A stretch of DNA of 63,105 nt, filler included, from Folioceros fuciformis (taxonomy: Eukaryota): NCBI GenBank assembly GCA_049999805.1. It is 26 parts of 26 records of this genome, joined end to end, with 100 filler letters (N's around TTAATTAATTAA, not from the genome) between each part and the next. Parts side by side here need not be neighbours in the genome. Positions count along the whole stretch, not along the records: positions 55,881 to 61,348 come from JBNGIO010000026.1; positions 61,449 to 63,105 come from JBNGIO010000027.1; 24 more parts are not named here. The stretch is one strand, 5' to 3'. A program made the translations under genes and the position numbers. The notes below the pieces were generated by a model, which was given only the letters and a program-made list of their open reading frames with translations, searched no databases and was not told the DNA's origin. The number at the start of each line of letters is the position of its first letter. Position 1 is the first letter of the stretch. Below are positions 58,901 through 63,105 of the stretch, piece after piece.

Positions 58901-60868
58901 ACTTCTCCGCTGGCATCTCCTTTGCCTGATCAACAACAGGAGGATGCCTCCACACCTGCAGATTTGATTATGTCTGATGATGACTTGAATGAACCTCTCG
59001 CAGCACACTCTGAAGACTTACCTACTGCTGTAGTGTCTCCAGCCCCTCTGACTGATTCACTGGACGAGAATATTGTTGCTTCAGATGATGACCAAGATCC
59101 TCCTGTTCCGGATATTCCCATCCCTGCCGAGCCTAGGTATCCTAGCAGGACACGGAACCCTAGATCTCAGTGGCAGGAAAGACCATACGAAGCTATTGAT
59201 TTTCGGAACACTAGATCTACCAGGTTGGTCACGAGTTTACCTGCCGTTTTCTCCTCTTCCTTGGAGCATCCTCCTGAGCCCAGATCCTATAAGGAGGCCA
59301 TTACCGGTCGCGACAAAGATAAGTGGCTTCCCTCTATACAAGATGAATACAATTCACTTGTTAAAAATGGAACTTGGGAGCTGTGCCCTTTACCTGCTGG
59401 CCGTAAGGCCGTCAGTTGCAAGTGGGTATTTAAGCATAAACTGAATGCTCAAGGACAGATTGCAAGATACAAGTCCAGACTCGTTGCTCGAGGGTTTTCC
59501 CAAGTGGCTGGTGTAGACTACACAGATACCTTTAGCCCTGTGGTCAAAACTCAATCCATCAGGATGATTCTAGCTTTAGCAGCTGCTCGTGACTGGGATC
59601 TAGAACAGATGGACGTATCAACGGCTTTCCTTTATGGGGAGCTGGAAGAAGATATTTTTATGGAACAGCCGGAGGGCTTCGTAGATCCTCAGCATCCAAC
59701 TTGGGTTTGCAAGCTTAAGAAAACGATATACGGGCTTAAACAAAGTGCAAGGGAATGGTATAAAACTATCGATGCTTACCTCAAATCGATAGGTTTCACA
59801 CAGAGCTCTGCTGATTCCAACGTCTACATCCACATTAGGCACGGACACATTGTTATTCTAGCTCTCTATGTTGATGATGCCATTCTAGCATCAGATAGCC
59901 GAGAGCTCATGGATTGGATTAAGCAGATGCTTCACAAACAATACGAGATGAAAGACATCGGAGCTCTTACTTTTGTGCTTGGAGTTCAGCTCCTAAGGGA
60001 TCGTGCTCAGAAGACTCTTATTCTGCACCAGACAAAGTATATAAATGAAACCCTGCGACGTTTCCATCTTGATCAAGCAAAACCCGTTAGTACCCCGGGA
60101 GTAGTTGGTGCAAGGCTTACTTCTGCACACTCTCCACAGACAGATGCTGAATTCCAGGACATGGCAGAAGTTCCTTACCGCCATGCCGTTGGCTGTCTTA
60201 ATTATATAGCTTGCTGGACCCGTCCCGATATCCAGCATGCCGTCAGCTGTGTTTCGCAGTTCCTCGAAAAACCTGGCAAAGAGCATTGGGGTGCTGTTAA
60301 ACGCATTCTGCGGTATTTGAAGGGCACGTCAACATATGGAGTTTGTTACCGAGGTACTTCTCCAGAGTCTGACTTTGTTCTTCAAGGCTTCGCTGATGCC
60401 GACTGGGCTTCCGATCCAGAGACTCGTCGCAGCCTTTCAGCTTACTGTTTCACTTTATGTGGTGCTGTGGTCACCTGGAGTACGAAAAAGCAAGTCACTA
60501 TAGCCCTTTCCTCCACCGAGGCTGAATACAAGGCCTTGACTGATTCAGCGAAGGAGGCAGTATGGGCCCGCAGTTTCCTTGCAGATCTTCAGTTTCCACA
60601 GGCTCAACCAACCCGCGTGTATTGTGACAACCAATCGACAATAGCGTTAGTCGGCAACCCTCGTTTCCATGCCCGGACGAAACATATCGGAATCCAGCAC
60701 CATTTTGTGCGACATTCAGTTGAGCGCAAGATTGTGAAGATTGAATACATCCCAACAGATCTAAACCTAGCCGACTTGCTTACCAAGGCTCTTTCTAAGG
60801 CTAAGCATATGTTCTTTCTTGAAGAGATGGGGATTACCGATTCCCTTGAGTATCTCCCATCCAGTTGA
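55936..60868 (+). pseudogene. gag-pol: E5 Gag-Pol with a single frameshift near 58335 in integrase
   Basis: ORFs 55936..58644 and 58280..60868 join at YTP|QQNGVAER; all Copia motifs present. Confidence 0.93.
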
Positions 60869-60945
60869 CATGAAATCTGCTGGGGAGCGCACCAGGTCTT
60901 TGCGGATGAAGCCTTCACGCCTGCATCCAGTCGCATGGCCTGCTG

Positions 60946-61248
60946 TTATTCTGGCAATGGGATTCGCACTCCTGCTGCTAATCTCTCCACCAGCTCAGAT
61001 CTTCTGCGTTGTGCCCGGGTGGCCGCCTCCGTCCCATTTTCCGGCTTCACGGTTACCATCAATGCCAGCTCAATGTCCCATCCTGCTAGGGCGATCAGCC
61101 TTCTTGCTTCCAGTTTTCTCTTGTATTTTCGTGCTTGTGCCTTGCGCGCTTCTTTCCGCAGTCTCTTCTGTATGTGATTGGCGAGCAAGAACAATGCGAT
61201 GGCAAGTGCACAGCTTGAGATCGCCAGATGCCCTGCTGTGCTGATCAT
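60946..61248 (-). CDS. E5 antisense accessory ORF, 100 aa from ATG 61248
   Basis: LAISSCALAIALFLLA hydrophobic helix; KRLRKEARKAQARKYKRK basic tract; LIALAGWD; RIPLP. Confidence 0.7.
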   Translation of the reverse strand: MISTAGHLAISSCALAIALFLLANHIQKRLRKEARKAQARKYKRKLEARRLIALAGWDIELALMVTVKPENGTEAATRAQRRRSELVERLAAGVRIPLPE

Positions 61249-62199
61249 TGTTGCTGGAGTTCTGACCGTGTCGTGGTTAAGGGGGTGTGTTAAGACTGAA
61301 AAGTCTGTAACCACGCCACTAGGGTTACTCTGATTAGGGTTAGTTTATNNNNNNNNNNNNNNNNNNNNNNNNNNNNNNNNNNNNNNNNNNNNTTAATTAA
61401 TTAANNNNNNNNNNNNNNNNNNNNNNNNNNNNNNNNNNNNNNNNNNNNTCGCGCCTTGGAGATCTTCCACTCCCCTGTGCTTGCTCAACCCTTACGCCCT
61501 GCGCCGTTTGTCCCGTCGTCCTGGCGCTTTCGCCTCCCTCAGCCACTTTACGCTTCAAGTTACTCCCGCTCCCCACGCTTCTGGATACTGGACAAAGCTC
61601 CCCTTTCTCTAGGGTTTTTATACCCTGCCTGCTTTCTCTTCTTACCGCCCATCGGGCTACCACCAGTCGTTCCTCCGTCGACGGTTGCCCTGCCGGCTAC
61701 CGTCCGTTCTGTCGTCTCGGCCCTTACTTTGGCCTACCTTAATGTTCTCAAGGACTTGAGGGTCAGGGAGGCACTCGTTGCTTCCTCCTTCCTCCTTGTC
61801 CCGATCTCCAGTACACCCCAAACCCCGAAGCCCAAGGTGGACTTTGGGTATAGACACCCTGGTCTTACTCGCTTACTAAGCCGATTCGCCTGTCCCTTCA
61901 CAAAAAGAATCACAACCTGCTCATTTCGTCGCTCAAAATGGGGATTCCGAAAGGTTTTTTCGTTCACACCCACGGATGAGACTCCTCATAATTGAGGGCT
62001 GCCCTTATAGCCCTGTCCACATCTTTTTCTGAGAACAATTTCACATGGCCACCCATCCTCGATCCTAAGCCTCCAGCGAATCACCTAATGGCTTGTAAGT
62101 CTGAATGAGGTCCACAGCGATCTCGCAGGCTGTGGAACCTCTCCACATAGGCCTGCAAGGTCTCCTTCGCCCTCCTCCTCAAGGCCTCCAGCTTGGACA

Positions 62200-62600
62200 G
62201 CACATAGCCCTAAATGTCTATCCCCCTGAACCACTCACAAAAGGCCCTCGTCAACACATCAAAAGTTGCTGGAAATGTGCCAACCTTGAGGTATTCTCTC
62301 CTGTACCACTTTGCAGGCCCTCCAACGCAGTACACCATAGAACAACTAGATGCACTGTGCATCCGCTAATTCCTGGTTAGCAAGGGTCAGCTACTCAAAC
62401 CTCTCCACAAATTCATCTGGGTCCTCATACCCCTTCTTCTCCCCATACAAGGGGTACAACTGCTTGGTGGACATTGTAACAGCTGGGGCCGCCATGGTGC
62501 CTGCACTCACCACAGCAGTTGCGGATCCAGCAGCTCCAGCAACTGGAGTTGGGCTGATGTTGCTGAATCCTTCAGCCCCTGCACTCCTAATCACCTGCAC
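62200..62600 (-). pseudogene. Probable Ty3/Gypsy gag remnant
   Basis: YPLYGEKKGYEDPDEFVERFE resembles a retrotransposon capsid N-terminus; followed by stops. Confidence 0.5.
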
Positions 62601-63105
62601 CAGTCTAGGATGAAGACCAAGGAGCAGACTTGGATTAGGTTGCCCCTGGTTGCTGAAAGTTGAGGGTCTTGTTCCACCGTGATTGATTCCCCCAAGATCT
62701 GCTGGTTGCTTGCCCCTCTCCTCCTCCTCTCTAGTGTATGCCCTGGTTGTGCCCTCCTTAGCTCCCTCTCCACTGCTCTTTGCTCATGCTCCAATACTTG
62801 CTGCTGTCTCCTTGCTTGAGCTTGAGCTCCCCCTTCAAAGCTAGAGTTGAAATCTTCAGCTCCTATGCGGGGCATCCATCAACCCTGCCACATTCCCTTG
62901 TACAGTTCCCTATCCAGGTCAGTCCTCTCCAAACCTTGACAGCAACGTCACTCCCCGGCAACGGAGCCAAAATGTGGAGTGATTTCTTACACACCCAAGA
63001 ACCACCAAGGGGCCACACTTCCCCTTATTATCGTTGCAGTCTTATGATTCGCTCCCAAGGGAGTGAACTAATGTCAAGGTTACCTACATCTCCCTAATCT
63101 CACCC

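Larger units (their letters stand above)
55881..61348 (+). mobile_element. Ty1/Copia element E5, related to E1/E2 (5' end truncated)
   Basis: Gag-Pol; PPT AAGGGGGTG at 61279-61287; 3' LTR TGTTAAG at 61288. Confidence 0.95.

Overview
The window is not contiguous genome. It is 26 small contigs joined by 25 artificial 100-nt linkers (N44-TTAATTAATTAA-N44), so adjacency across linkers means nothing. Most pieces look like nuclear DNA of a seed-free land plant; short 87-107 nt introns and a DYW:KP-like PPR remnant point to a hornwort, lycophyte or fern (inference). Host content: partial CTP synthase, a GH17 beta-1,3-glucanase, a His-rich secreted protein, an MGCxxSK-type protein and a PPR pseudogene. 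One contig carries a strong fungal RIP-like signature. The rest is LTR retrotransposon: five substantial Ty1/Copia elements (one with an intact 1483-aa Gag-Pol), a decayed Copia with a chromovirus (Ty3/Gypsy) nested in it, and several LTR fragments. The main discovery candidate is a set of Copia elements carrying accessory genes that are conserved between divergent copies. (i) A 185-209-aa ORF0 lies between the PBS and gag; two copies share 39/63 N-terminal residues with mostly synonymous changes. (ii) An antisense ORF lies between pol and the PPT in three elements, encoding a small protein with an N-terminal hydrophobic helix, a basic region, a GW(D/E) motif and an (I/L)PL motif. (iii) A conserved hairpin (CAGGT..GGATGAAGC) sits next to each antisense stop. 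Two other Copia families carry their own unrelated 5' ORF cassettes, one of them in a tightly coupled stop-start arrangement.
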